Source: Nemertoderma westbladi (taxonomy: Eukaryota > Animalia > Xenacoelomorpha). Taken from it: a stretch of 64,000 nucleotides of DNA. The position numbers and the translations under genes were made by a program. Location of the stretch: positions 1 through 64,000 of the forward strand of contig JAUCBJ010008526.1 of the NCBI GenBank assembly GCA_032718475.1, written 5' to 3'. The notes under the pieces are model-generated. The model saw only the letters and a list, made by a program, of their open reading frames with translations. It did not search any database and was not told the origin of the DNA. Shown in pieces: positions 1 to 14,000 of the stretch. Position 1 is the stretch's first letter. Every line of letters starts with the position of its first letter.

Positions 1-2015
1 ACGTAGCGAATGATGAGCCAGGCCAATCAAAGGGCATAAATTATCTTATTGCTCAAATGTGAGGCAGTGGAAAATTCTGTTAGGATTCCATGTCCCAGAT
101 TAGTGTAAGGGCCGGACTGCGTTGAACGATGAGCTGGGCCAATCATAGAGCACGAAGCACTTCATTGCTCAATGGTGAAGCTGTGGAAAATTCTGTTTAG
201 TTTCCATGTGCAATTTCTAGTATAAAAAGGCCGGTTTGCCTTCGGTTATCACCTTATTACGTTATTATCACACCTTATACTTCGTTACCCCTTTTCTCCA
301 CCTTATAGTTTATTCTTGTAAAATTAGTTAATTCGGTTTCTTGTTGAAACTTTATTTGATAAATCCTTTTGTAAAACTGTAAATATACTGCAATTTCCTG
401 ACATGTTTTCTTTTGGTCCGACTTCGGGACAGCCGAACACCAGGGAGATGGCAGCCTAGATCGTTAGGCCGTAAGCAACGCAGGGAAGGGATGTCCACAA
501 CACGCTAGCGCCCACATTGGATTGACCGCGCACCCCCTTTGCCCCTTCGAAATGCTCAACTTGCCATGCAGCGCCCGCTTTGTGAGAAGGTAAGACTTTG
601 TTCGACGCCCTTGCCCGCCGTAAGACCTATAGATCAGGGTAAGCGTGACATCGTACTGGACGCCGCAAATTTAGGATCAAATAATTATATCCAGACACCC
701 CCCCTTTGTCAAGTCCTACGAATCCCTGGGTTAACCTGTACTTCCTACAGGTGCGAACTATTGCCATTCGTCAGTACGCGAGTACACATTAGGTACGGAC
801 AGCATATGTTCCATAATTTAGTGATTCGTAGCACTGACTGTTTGGTACCGGTTCGCTTTGTAGAACGTACATTAGTACCCCCCCCCCCCCCCCCCCCTGT
901 CTGGAGTTAGCTATTTGATCAGGCAAGGAGCATTTCTGCTACCGGCACACTGCTTGGCCTAGGGAGGTTTATTAATATCCTACCGCGCCTTGCCACGTAC
1001 TGATAGGTATTGCTGCTAACTACCGCAGCAACAAAGTTCTAGAATTAAATTAGTATACCAGATCAGCTAACGTACGGTAGCGATTAACCCCTATTCTTAT
1101 CTTACAACCAGAATCTGGTATTAGTGCCGATCACGGGTGTAGTTACTAACACTGTGGTTGCCCATTGGGTTGTGGATAGGAAGGAGAGAGCTTGACGTCA
1201 TTCGTGAGTATAAAGTTCTACAAACGCGACTAGTTTATTTTAGTAGCTAGCGCACGGTATCATTTTAGTCAGAAAATCACTAAAACCTAGTAAAAGGAAT
1301 TACACGAAATTGTTTTATTTGTAACACACCCACACACACACGCCCTAAAACATATCGCCCTTAAAGTTCTACTAACTATAGCGTACTATACATTACGTTA
1401 GGTGGAAATTATCTGTATTTGTAAAATTAGGATCTGATTTAGTTGCGGCAAAATAAGGAGTATTTCACTTTCGTTATTAAACTGTTGTTTGTCTGGACAA
1501 CGGTATTGTTACATTTAGGCTTGACCTTTTAGACTGATTTCGTACAGGGGGATCAGTTATCGTTACATTTAGGTACGACCCCTTTTCGACTGATTTAGGA
1601 CTGTCAGTGTTGTTACGCTAGGTCTGTTAACCCACTAGCTCGTATATAAACCATATAAATCACACCGCGGCAAGTTACTGTATTTAGGACTGTCAGTGAT
1701 AGTTAGGATTCGCTGCGCGGGGATTGTTTTCCCGTGAGTTTGGTCTGTTACTGTAACTGTACATCTGCCTCACCGGTTAGAGGACAGGTATCCTTCTGTC
1801 TAGTACGTAGGCATTCGACCCGCTCACGTACATAGAATAGATACAAGGCTCTGTTCCTCGCCAGTAGTCGTTTGTGTACTATATCTGTTTGTTTAGATAT
1901 CCTGGACTGGGATTTGTTGTCAGATACTGTACAAGCCCGTATACATTACTAGAGTCTCATAGTAAGATACATCGTTACTAGGATCTGGTAAGCGGTATAC
2001 TACTGGACCCTTACA
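1..2015 (+). mobile_element. Probable LTR (3' or solo) of an LTR retrotransposon, left end outside the window
   Basis: Non-coding, with duplicated enhancer-like blocks, CCAAT and TATA boxes near the start and short internal direct repeats (~1505-1700). It ends in ...GGACCCTTACA exactly where the 36-bp satellite begins, matching the TG...CA LTR terminus. No gag/pol ORF is visible, so the class is inferred. Confidence 0.45.
8..227 (+). promoter_or_regulatory. Pol II promoter-like module: two ~116-bp imperfect direct repeats, each with GGCCAATCA and GGAAAATTC, followed by TATAAAA
   Basis: GGCCAATCA at 21-29 and 137-145, TATAAAA at 221-227. The architecture is typical of an LTR U3 region. Confidence 0.45.
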
Positions 2016-5000
2016 CCTAGTGTTAGTAATCTAGGAGAAATATAAGGAACACCTAGTGTTAGTAATCTAGGAGAATTATAAGGAACACCTAGTGTTAGTA
2101 ATCTAGGAGAAATATAAGGGACACCTTGTGTTAGTAATCTAGGATAAATATAAGGAACACCTAGTGTTAGTAATCTAGGAGAAATATAAGGAACACCCAG
2201 TGTTAGTAATCTAGGATAAATATAAGGAACACCTAGTGTTAGTAATCTAGGATAAATATAAGGGACACCTAGTGTTAGTAATCTAGGAGAAATATAAGGG
2301 ACACCTTGTGTTAGTAATCTAGGATAAATATAAGGAACACCTAGTGTTAGTAATCTAGGAGAAATATAAGGAACACCTAGTGTTAGTAATCTAGGAGAAA
2401 TATAAGGAACACCTAGTGTTAGTAATCTAGGAGAAATATAAGGAACACCTAGTGTTAGTAATCTAGGAGAAATATAAGGGACACCTTGTGTTAGTAATCT
2501 AGGATAAATATAAGGAACACCTAGTGTTAGTAATCTAGGAGAAATATAAGGAACACCTAGTGTTAGTAATCTAGGATAAATATAAGGGACACCTAGTGTT
2601 AGTAATCTAGGAGAAATATAAGGGATACCTAGTGTTAGTAATCTAGGAGAAATATAAGGGACACCTTGTGTTAGTAATCTAGGATAAATATAAGGAACAC
2701 CTAGTGTTAGTAATCTAGGAGAAATATAAGGAACACCTAGTGTTAGTAATCTAGGATAAATATAAGGAACACCTAGTGTTAGTAATCTAGGAGAAATATA
2801 AGGAACACCTAGTGTTAGTAATCTAGGATAAATATAAGGAACACCTAGTGTTAGTAATCTAGGAGAAATATAAGGAACACCTAGTGTTAGTAATCTAGGA
2901 GAAATATAAGGAACACCTAGTGTTAGTAATCTAGGAGAAATATATAGAACACTTAATGTTAGTAATCTAGGATAAATATAAGGGACACCTAGTGTTAGTA
3001 ATCTAGGAGAAATATAAGGGATACCTAGTGTTAGTAATCTAGGAGAAATATAAGGAACACCTAGTGTTAGTAATCTAGGATAAATATATTGAACACTTAA
3101 TGTTAGTAATCTAGGATAAATATAAGGGACACCTAGTGTTAGTAATCTAGGAGAAATATAAGGAACACCTAGTGTTAGTAATCTAGGATAAATATATTGA
3201 ACACTTAATGTTAGTAATCTAGGATAAATATAAGGGACACCTCGTGTTAGTAATCTAGGATAAATATAAGGAACACCTAGTGTTAGTAATCTAGGAGAAA
3301 TATAAGGAACACCTAGTGTTAGTAATCTAGGAGAAATATAAGGGATACCTAGTGTTAGTAATCTAGGAGAAATATAAGGAACACCTAGTGTTAGTAATCT
3401 AGGATAAATATATAAAACACTTAATGTTAGTAATCTAGGATAAATATAAGGGACACCTAGTGTTAGTAATCTAGGATAAATATAAGGAATACCTAATGTT
3501 AGTAATCTAGGAGAAATATATAGAACACCTAGTGTTAGTAATCTAGGAGAAATATAAGGGACACCTAGTGTTAATAATCTAGGATAAATATAAGGAACAC
3601 CTAGTGTTAGTAATCTAGGATAAATATAAGGAACACCTAGTGTTAGTAATCTAGGAGAATTATAAGGAACACCTAGTGTTAGTAATCTAGGAGAAATATA
3701 AGGAATACCTAATGTTAGTAATCTAGGAGAAATATAAGGAACACCTAGTGTTAGTAATCTAGGAGAATTATAAGGAACACCTAGTGTTAGTAATCTAGGA
3801 TAAATATAAGGGACACCTAGTGTTAGTAATCTAGGATAAATATATGGAACACTTAGTGTTAGTGATCTAGGATATTATAAGGAACACCTAGTGTTAGTAA
3901 TCTAGGAGAAATATAAGGAATACCTAATGTTAGTAATCTAGGAGAAATATAAGGAACACCTAGTGTTAGTAATCTAGGAGAAATATAAGGGACACCTAGT
4001 GTTAATAATCTAGGATAAATATAAGGAACACCTAGTGTTAGTAATCTAGGATAAATATAAGGAACACCTAGTGTTAGTAATCTAGGAGAATTATAAGGAA
4101 CACCTAGTGTTAGTAATCTAGGAGAAATATAAGGAATACCTAATGTTAGTAATCTAGGAGAAATATAAGGAACACCTAGTGTTAGTAATCTAGGAGAATT
4201 ATAAGGAACACCTAGTGTTAGTAATCTAGGATAAATATAAGGAACACCTAGTGTTAGTAATCTAGGATAAATATAAGGAACACCTAGTGTTAGTAATCTA
4301 GGAGAAATATAAGGAACACCTAGTGTTAGTAATCTAGGAGAAATATAAGGAACACCTAGTGTTAGTAATCTAGGAGAATTATAAGGAACACCTAGTGTTA
4401 GTAATCTAGGATAAATATAAGGAACACCTAGTGTTAGTAATCTAGGAGAATTATAAGGAACACCTAGTGTTAGTAATCTAGGAGAAATATAAGGAATACC
4501 TAATGTTAGTAATCTAGGAGAAATATAAGGAATACCTAATGTTAGTAATCTAGGAGAATTATAAGGAACACCTAGTGTTAGTAATCTAGGAGAAATATAA
4601 GGAATACCTAATGTTAGTAATCTAGGAGAAATATAAGGAACACCTAGTGTTAGTAATCTAGGAGAATTATAAGGAACACCTAGTGTTAGTAATCTAGGAT
4701 AAATATAAGGGACACCTAGTGTTAGTAATCTAGGATAAATATATGGAACACTTAGTGTTAGTGATCTAGGATATTATAAGGAACACCTAGTGTTAGTAAT
4801 CTAGGAGAAATATAAGGAATACCTAATGTTAGTAATCTAGGAGAAATATAAGGAACACCTAGTGTTAGTAATCTAGGAGAAATATAAGGGACACCTAGTG
4901 TTAATAATCTAGGATAAATATAAGGAACACCTAGTGTTAGTAATCTAGGATAAATATAAGGAACACCTAGTGTTAGTAATCTAGGAGAATTATAAGGAAC

Positions 5001-8000
5001 ACCTAGTGTTAGTAATCTAGGAGAAATATAAGGAATACCTAATGTTAGTAATCTAGGAGAAATATAAGGAACACCTAGTGTTAGTAATCTAGGAGAATTA
5101 TAAGGAACACCTAGTGTTAGTAATCTAGGATAAATATAAGGAACACCTAGTGTTAGTAATCTAGGATAAATATAAGGAACACCTAGTGTTAGTAATCTAG
5201 GAGAAATATAAGGAACACCTAGTGTTAGTAATCTAGGAGAAATATAAGGAACACCTAGTGTTAGTAATCTAGGAGAATTATAAGGAACACCTAGTGTTAG
5301 TAATCTAGGATAAATATAAGGAACACCTAGTGTTAGTAATCTAGGAGAATTATAAGGAACACCTAGTGTTAGTAATCTAGGAGAAATATAAGGAATACCT
5401 AATGTTAGTAATCTAGGAGAAATATAAGGAATACCTAATGTTAGTAATCTAGGAGAAATATAAGGAATACCTAATGTTAGTAATCTAGGATAAATATAAG
5501 GAACACCTAGTGTTAGTAATCTAGGAGAATTATAAGGAACACCTAGTGTTAGTAATCTAGGAGAAATATAAGGAATACCTAATGTTAGTAATCTAGGAGA
5601 AATATAAGGAACACCTAGTGTTAGTAATCTAGGAGAATTATAAGGAACACCTAGTGTTAGTAATCTAGGAGAAATATAAGGAATACCTAATGTTAGTAAT
5701 CTAGGAGAAATATAAGGAATACCTAATGTTAGTAATCTAGGAGAAATATAAGGAACACCTAGTGTTAGTAATCTAGGATAAATATAAGGAATACCTAATG
5801 TTAGTAATCTAGGAGAAATATATAGAACACCTAGTGTTAGTAATCTAGGAGAAATATAAGGGACACCTAGTGTTAATAATCTAGGATAAATATATAGAAC
5901 ACTTAATGTTAGTAATCTAGGATAAATATAAGGGACACCTAGTGTTAGTAATCTAGGATAAATATAAGGGACACCTAGTGTTAGTAATCTAGGATAAATA
6001 TAAGGAATACCTAATGTTAGTAATCTAGGAGAAATATATAGAACACCTAGTGTTAGTAATCTAGGAGAAATATAAGGAACACCTAGTGTTAGTAATCTAG
6101 GATAAATATAAGGAACACCTAGTGTTAGTAATCTAGGAGAATTATAAGGAACACCTAGTGTTAGTAATCTAGGAGAAATATAAGGAATACCTAATGTTAG
6201 TAATCTAGGAGAAATATAAGGAACACCTAGTGTTAGTAATCTAGGAGAAATATAAGGAACACCTAGTGTTAGTAATCTAGGAGAATTATATGAACACCTA
6301 GTGTTAGTAATCTAGGATAAATATAAGGAACACCTAGTGTTAGTAATCTAGGAGAATTATAAGGAACACCTAGTGTTAGTAATCTAGGAGAAATATAAGG
6401 AATACCTAATGTTAGTAATCTAGGAGAATTATAAGGAACACCTAGTGTTAGTAATCTAGGATAAATATAAGGAACACCTAGTGTTAGTAATCTAGGAGAA
6501 ATATAAGGAACACCTAGTGTTAGTAATCTAGGAGAAATATAAGGAACACCTAGTGTTAGTAATCTAGGAGAAATATAAGGAACACCTAGTGTTAGTAATC
6601 TAGGATAAATATATTGAACACTTAATGTTAGTAATCTAGGATAAATATAAGGGACACCTTGTGTTAGTAATCTAGGAGAAATATAAGGAACACCTAGTGT
6701 TAGTAATCTAGGATAAATATAAGGGACACCTTGTGTTAGTAATCTAGGAGAAATATAAGGAACACCTAGTGTTAGTAATCTAGGATAAATATATAGAACA
6801 CTTAATGTTAGTAATCTAGGATAAATATAAGGGACACCTAGTGTTAGTAATCTAGGATAAATATAAGGGACACCTTGTGTTAGTAATCTAGGAGAAATAT
6901 AAGGAACACCTAGTGTTAGTAATCTAGGATAAATATATAGAACACTTAATGTTAGTAATCTAGGATAAATATAAGGGACACCTAGTGTTAGTAATCTAGG
7001 ATAAATATAAGGAATACCTAATGTTAGTAATCTAGGAGAAATATATAGAACACCTAGTGTTAGTAATCTAGGAGAAATATAAGGGACACCTAGTGTTAAT
7101 AATCTAGGATAAATATAAGGAACACCTAGTGTTAGTAATCTAGGATAAATATAAGGAACACCTAGTGTTAGTAATCTAGGAGAATTATAAGGAACACCTA
7201 GTGTTAGTAATCTAGGAGAAATATAAGGAATACCTAATGTTAGTAATCTAGGAGAAATATAAGGAACACCTAGTGTTAGTAATCTAGGAGAATTATAAGG
7301 AACACCTAGTGTTAGTAATCTAGGAGAAATATAAGGAACACCTAGTGTTAGTAATCTAGGAGAAATATAAGGGATACCTAGTGTTAGTAATCTAGGAGAA
7401 ATATAAGGAACACCTAGTGTTAGTAATCTAGGATAAATATATAGAACACTTAATGTTAGTAATCTAGGATAAATATAAGGGACACCTCGTGTTAGTAATC
7501 TAGGAGAAATATAAGGAACACCTAGTGTTAGTAATCTAGGATAAATATAAGGAACACCTAGTGTTAGTAATCTAGGATAAATATAAGGAATACCTAATGT
7601 TAGTAATCTAGGAGAAATATATAGAACACCTAGTGTTAGTAATCTAGGATAAATATAAGGAACACCAAGTGTTAGTAATCTAGGATAAATATAAGGAATA
7701 CCTAATGTTAGTAATCTAGGAGAAATATATAGAACACCTAGTGTTAGTAATCTAGGAGAAATATAAGGGATACCTAGTGTTAGTAATCTAGGAGAATTAT
7801 AAGGAACACCTAGTGTTAGTAATCTAGGATAAATATATGGGACACCTAGTGTTAGTAATCTAGGATAAATATAAGGAACACCTAGTGTTAGTAATCTAGG
7901 ATAAATATAAGGAACACCTAGTGTTAGTAATCTAGGATAAATATATTGAACACTTAATGTTAGTAATCTAGGATAAATATAAGGGATACCTAGTGTTAGT

Positions 8001-11000
8001 AATCTAGGAGAAATATAAGGAACACCTAGTGTTAGTAATCTAGGAGAAATATAAGGAACACCTAGTGTTAGTAATCTAGGAGAAATATAAGGAACACCTA
8101 GTGTTAGTAATCTAGGAGAAATATAAGGAACACCTAGTGTTAGTAATCTAGGAGAAATATAAGGAACACCTAGTGTTAGTAATCTAGGATAAATATATAG
8201 AACACTTAATGTTAGTAATCTAGGATAAATATAAGGGACACCTAGTGTTAGTAATCTAGGAGAAATATAAGGAACACCCAGTGTTAGTAATCTAGGATAA
8301 ATATAAGGAACACCTAGTGTTAGTAATCTAGGATAAATATATTGAACACTTAATGTTAGTAATCTAGGATAAATATAAGGGACACCTAGTGTTAGTAATC
8401 TAGGATAAATATAAGGAACACCTAGTGTTAGTAATCTAGGATAAATATAAGGAATACCTAGTGTTAGTAATCTAGGATAAATATATAGAACACTTAATGT
8501 TAGTAATCTAGGATAAATATAAGGGACACCTAGTGTTAGTAATCTAGGAGAAATATAAGGGACACCTAGTGTTAGTAATCTAGGATAAATATAAGGAACA
8601 CCAAGTGTTAGTAATCTAGGAGAAATATAAGGAACACCTAGTGTTAGTAATCTAGGAGAAATATAAGGAACACCTAGTGTTAGTAATCTAGGAGAAATAT
8701 AAGGAATACCTAATGTTAGTAATCTAGGAGAAATATATAGAACACTTAATGTTAGTAATCTAGGATAAATATAAGGGACACCTAGTGTTAGTAATCTAGG
8801 ATAAATATAAGGAACACCTAGTGTTAGTAATCTAGGAGAAATATAAGGAACACCAAGTGTTAGTAATCTAGGAGAAATATAAGGGACACCTAGTGTTAGT
8901 AATCTAGGAGAAATATAAGGGACACCTAGTGTTAATAATCTAGGATAAATATAAGGAACACCTAGTGTTAGTAATCTAGGATAAATATAAGGAACACCTA
9001 GTGTTAGTAATCTAGGAGAAATATAAGGGACACCTAGTGTTAGTAATCTAGGAGAAATATAAGGGACACCTAGTGTTAATAATCTAGGATAAATATAAGG
9101 AACACCTAGTGTTAGTAATCTAGGATAAATATAAGGAACACCTAGTGTTAGTAATCTAGGAGAATTATAAGGAACACCTAGTGTTAGTAATCTAGGAGAA
9201 ATATAAGGAATACCTAATGTTAGTAATCTAGGAGAAATATAAGGAACACCTAGTGTTAGTAATCTAGGAGAATTATAAGGAACACCTAGTGTTAGTAATC
9301 TAGGATAAATATAAGGAACACCTAGTGTTAGTAATCTAGGAGAAATATAAGGAACACCTAGTGTTAGTAATCTAGGAGAAATATATAGAACACTTAATGT
9401 TAGTAATCTAGGAGAAATATAAGTAACACCTAGTGTTAGTAATCTAGGAGAAATATAAGGAACACCTAGTGTTAGTAATCTAGGATAAATATAAGGAACA
9501 CTTAGTGTTAGTAATCTAGGATAAATATAAGGGACACCTAGTGTTAGTAATCTAGGATAAATATAAGGAACACCTAGTGTTAGTAATCTAGGAGAAATAT
9601 AAGGAACACCAAGTGTTAGTAATCTAGGAGAAATATAAGGGGCACCTCTAGGATTAATATAAGGAACACCTAGTGTTAGTAATCTAGGAGAAATATAAGG
9701 GACACCTAGTGTTAGTAATCTAGGAGAAATATAAGGGACACCTAGTGTTAATAATCTAGGATAAATATAAGGAACACCTAGTGTTAGTAATCTAGGATAA
9801 ATATAAGGAACACCTAGTGTTAGTAATCTAGGAGAAATATAAGGGACACCTAGTGTTAGTAATCTAGGAGAAATATAAGGGACACCTAGTGTTAATAATC
9901 TAGGATAAATATAAGGAACACCTAGTGTTAGTAATCTAGGATAAATATAAGGAACACCTAGTGTTAGTAATCTAGGAGAATTATAAGGAACACCTAGTGT
10001 TAGTAATCTAGGAGAAATATAAGGAATACCTAATGTTAGTAATCTAGGAGAAATATAAGGAACACCTAGTGTTAGTAATCTAGGAGAATTATAAGGAACA
10101 CCTAGTGTTAGTAATCTAGGATAAATATAAGGAACACCTAGTGTTAGTAATCTAGGAGAAATATAAGGAACACCTAGTGTTAGTAATCTAGGAGAAATAT
10201 AAGGAACACCTAGTGTTAGTAATCTAGGAGAAATATAAGGGATACCTAGTGTTAGTAATCTAGGAGAAATATAAGGAACACCTAGTGTTAGTAATCTAGG
10301 AGAAATATAAGGAACACCTAGTGTTAGTAATCTAGGATAAATATAAGGAACACTTAGTGTTAGTAATCTAGGATAAATATAAGGGACACCTAGTGTTAGT
10401 AATCTAGGATAAATATAAGGAACACCTAGTGTTAGTAATCTAGGAGAAATATAAGGAACACCAAGTGTTAGTAATCTAGGAGAAATATAAGGGGCACCTC
10501 TAGGATTAATATAAGGAACACCTAGTGTTAGTAATCTAGGAGAAATATAAGGGACACCTAGTGTTAGTAATCTAGGAGAAATATAAGGGACACCTAGTGT
10601 TAATAATCTAGGATAAATATAAGGAACACCTAGTGTTAGTAATCTAGGATAAATATAAGGAACACCTAGTGTTAGTAATCTAGGAGAAATATAAGGGACA
10701 CCTAGTGTTAGTAATCTAGGAGAAATATAAGGGACACCTAGTGTTAATAATCTAGGATAAATATAAGGAACACCTAGTGTTAGTAATCTAGGATAAATAT
10801 AAGGAACACCTAGTGTTAGTAATCTAGGATAAATATAAGGAACACCTAGTGTTAGTAATCTAGGAGAAATATAAGGAACACCTAGTGTTAGTAATCTAGG
10901 AGAAATATAAGGAACACCTAGTGTTAGTAATCTAGGAGAAATATAAGGGATACCTAGTGTTAGTAATCTAGGAGAAATATAAGGAACACCTAGTGTTAGT

Positions 11001-14000
11001 AATCTAGGAGAAATATAAGGAACACCTAGTGTTAGTAATCTAGGATAAATATAAGGAACACTTAGTGTTAGTAATCTAGGATAAATATAAGGGACACCTA
11101 GTGTTAGTAATCTAGGATAAATATAAGGAACACCTAGTGTTAGTAATCTAGGAGAAATATAAGGAACACCAAGTGTTAGTAATCTAGGAGAAATATAAGG
11201 GGCACCTCTAGGATTAATATAAGGAACACCTAGTGTTAGTAATCTAGGAGAAATATAAGGGACACCTAGTGTTAGTAATCTAGGAGAAATATAAGGGACA
11301 CCTAGTGTTAATAATCTAGGATAAATATAAGGAACACCTAGTGTTAGTAATCTAGGATAAATATAAGGAACACCTAGTGTTAGTAATCTAGGAGAAATAT
11401 AAGGGACACCTAGTGTTAGTAATCTAGGAGAAATATAAGGGACACCTAGTGTTAATAATCTAGGATAAATATAAGGAACACCTAGTGTTAGTAATCTAGG
11501 ATAAATATAAGGAACACCTAGTGTTAGTAATCTAGGAGAATTATAAGGAACACCTAGTGTTAGTAATCTAGGAGAAATATAAGGAATACCTAATGTTAGT
11601 AATCTAGGAGAAATATAAGGAACACCTAGTGTTAGTAATCTAGGAGAATTATAAGGAACACCTAGTGTTAGTAATCTAGGATAAATATAAGGAACACCTA
11701 GTGTTAGTAATCTAGGAGAAATATAAGGAACACCTAGTGTTAGTAATCTAGGAGAAATATAAGGAACACCTAGTGTTAGTAATCTAGGAGAAATATAAGG
11801 GATACCTAGTGTTAGTAATCTAGGAGAAATATAAGGAACACCTAGTGTTAGTAATCTAGGATAAATATATAGAACACTTAATGTTAGTAATCTAGGATAA
11901 ATATAAGGGACACCTCGTGTTAGTAATCTAGGAGAAATATAAGGAACACCTAGTGTTAGTAATCTAGGATAAATATATAGAACACTTAATGTTAGTAATC
12001 TAGGATAAATATAAGGGACACCTAGTGTTAGTAATCTAGGAGAAATATAAGGAACACCCAGTGTTAGTAATCTAGGATAAATATATAGAACACCTAGTGT
12101 TAGTAATCTAGGAGAAATATAAGGAACACTTAGTGTTAGTAATCTAGGAGAAATATAAGGAACACCTAGTGTTAGTAATCTAGGAGAAATATATAGAACA
12201 CCTAGTGTTAGTAATCTAGGAGAAATATAAGGAACACTTAGTGTTAGTAATCTAGGAGAAATATAAGGAACACCTAGTGTTAGTAATCTAGGATAAATAT
12301 AAGGAACACCTAGTGTTAGTAATCTAGGAGAAATATAAGGGATACCTAGTGTTAGTAATCTAGGAGAAATATAAGGAACACCTAGTGTTAGTAATCTAGG
12401 ATAAATATATAGAACACTTAATGTTAGTAATCTAGGATAAATATAAGGGACACCTAGTGTTAGTAATCTAGGAGAAATATAAGGAACACCCAGTGTTAGT
12501 AATCTAGGATAAATATAAGGAACACCTAGTGTTAGTAATCTAGGATAAATATATTGAACACTTAATGTTAGTAATCTAGGATAAATATAAGGGACACCTA
12601 GTGTTAGTAATCTAGGAGAAATATAAGGAATACCTAATGTTAGTAATCTAGGAGAAATATAAGGAACACCTAGTGTTAGTAATCTAGGAGAATTATAAGG
12701 AACACCTAGTGTTAGTAATCTAGGATAAATATAAGGAACACCTAGTGTTAGTAATCTAGGAGAAATATAAGGAACACCTAGTGTTAGTAATCTAGGAGAA
12801 ATATAAGGAACACCTGGTGTTAGTAATCTAGGAGAAATATAAGGGATACCTAGTGTTAGTAATCTAGGAGAAATATAAGGAACACCTAGTGTTAGTAATC
12901 TAGGATAAATATATAGAACACTTAATGTTAGTAATCTAGGATAAATATAAGGGACACCTCGTGTTAGTAATCTAGGAGAAATATAAGGAACACCTAGTGT
13001 TAGTAATCTAGGATAAATATATAGAACACTTAATGTTAGTAATCTAGGATAAATATAAGGGACACCTAGTGTTAGTAATCTAGGAGAAATATAAGGAACA
13101 CCCAGTGTTAGTAATCTAGGATAAATATAGAGAACACCTAGTGTTAGTAATCTAGGAGAAATATAAGGAACACTTAGTGTTAGTAATCTAGGAGAAATAT
13201 AAGGAACACCTAGTGTTAGTAATCTAGGAGAAATATATAGAACACCTAGTGTTAGTAATCTAGGAGAAATATAAGGAACACTTAGTGTTAGTAATCTAGG
13301 AGAAATATAAGGAACACCTAGTGTTAGTAATCTAGGATAAATATAAGGAACACCTAGTGTTAGTAATCTAGGAGAAATATAAGGGATACCTAGTGTTAGT
13401 AATCTAGGAGAAATATAAGGAACACCTAGTGTTAGTAATCTAGGATAAATATATAGAACACTTAATGTTAGTAATCTAGGATAAATATAAGGGACACCTA
13501 GTGTTAGTAATCTAGGAGAAATATAAGGAACACCCAGTGTTAGTAATCTAGGATAAATATAAGGAACACCTAGTGTTAGTAATCTAGGATAAATATATTG
13601 AACACTTAATGTTAGTAATCTAGGATAAATATAAGGGACACCTAGTGTTAGTAATCTAGGAGAAATATAAGGGACACCTAGTGTTAGTAATCTAGGAGAA
13701 ATATAAGGGACACCTAGTGTTAGTAATCTAGGATAAATATAAGGAACACCAAGTGTTAGTAATCTAGGAGAATTATAAGGAACACCTAGTGTTAGTAATC
13801 TAGGAGAAATATAAGGGATACCTAGTGTTAGTAATCTAGGAGAAATATAAGGAACACCTAGTGTTAGTAATCTAGGATAAATATATAGAACACTTAATGT
13901 TAGTAATCTAGGATAAATATATAGAACACTTAATGTTAGTAATCTAGGATAAATATAAGGAATGTTAGTAATCTAGGATAAATATAAGGGACACCTAGTG

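Noticed and set aside
400-465. tRNA primer-binding site (TGGTCCGAC or TGGCAGCC)
   Set aside because: Neither directly follows a CA LTR end, and I cannot match either convincingly to a tRNA 3' end.
539-910. 123-aa ORF as gag or a host gene
   Set aside because: Non-ATG start, no recognisable motif, and it ends in a poly-C run.
104-2015. Complete solo LTR bounded by TGTAAGGG (104) and CCCTTACA (2015)
   Set aside because: There is no matching TSD, and the 104 motif is part of the 116-bp internal duplication that starts further left.
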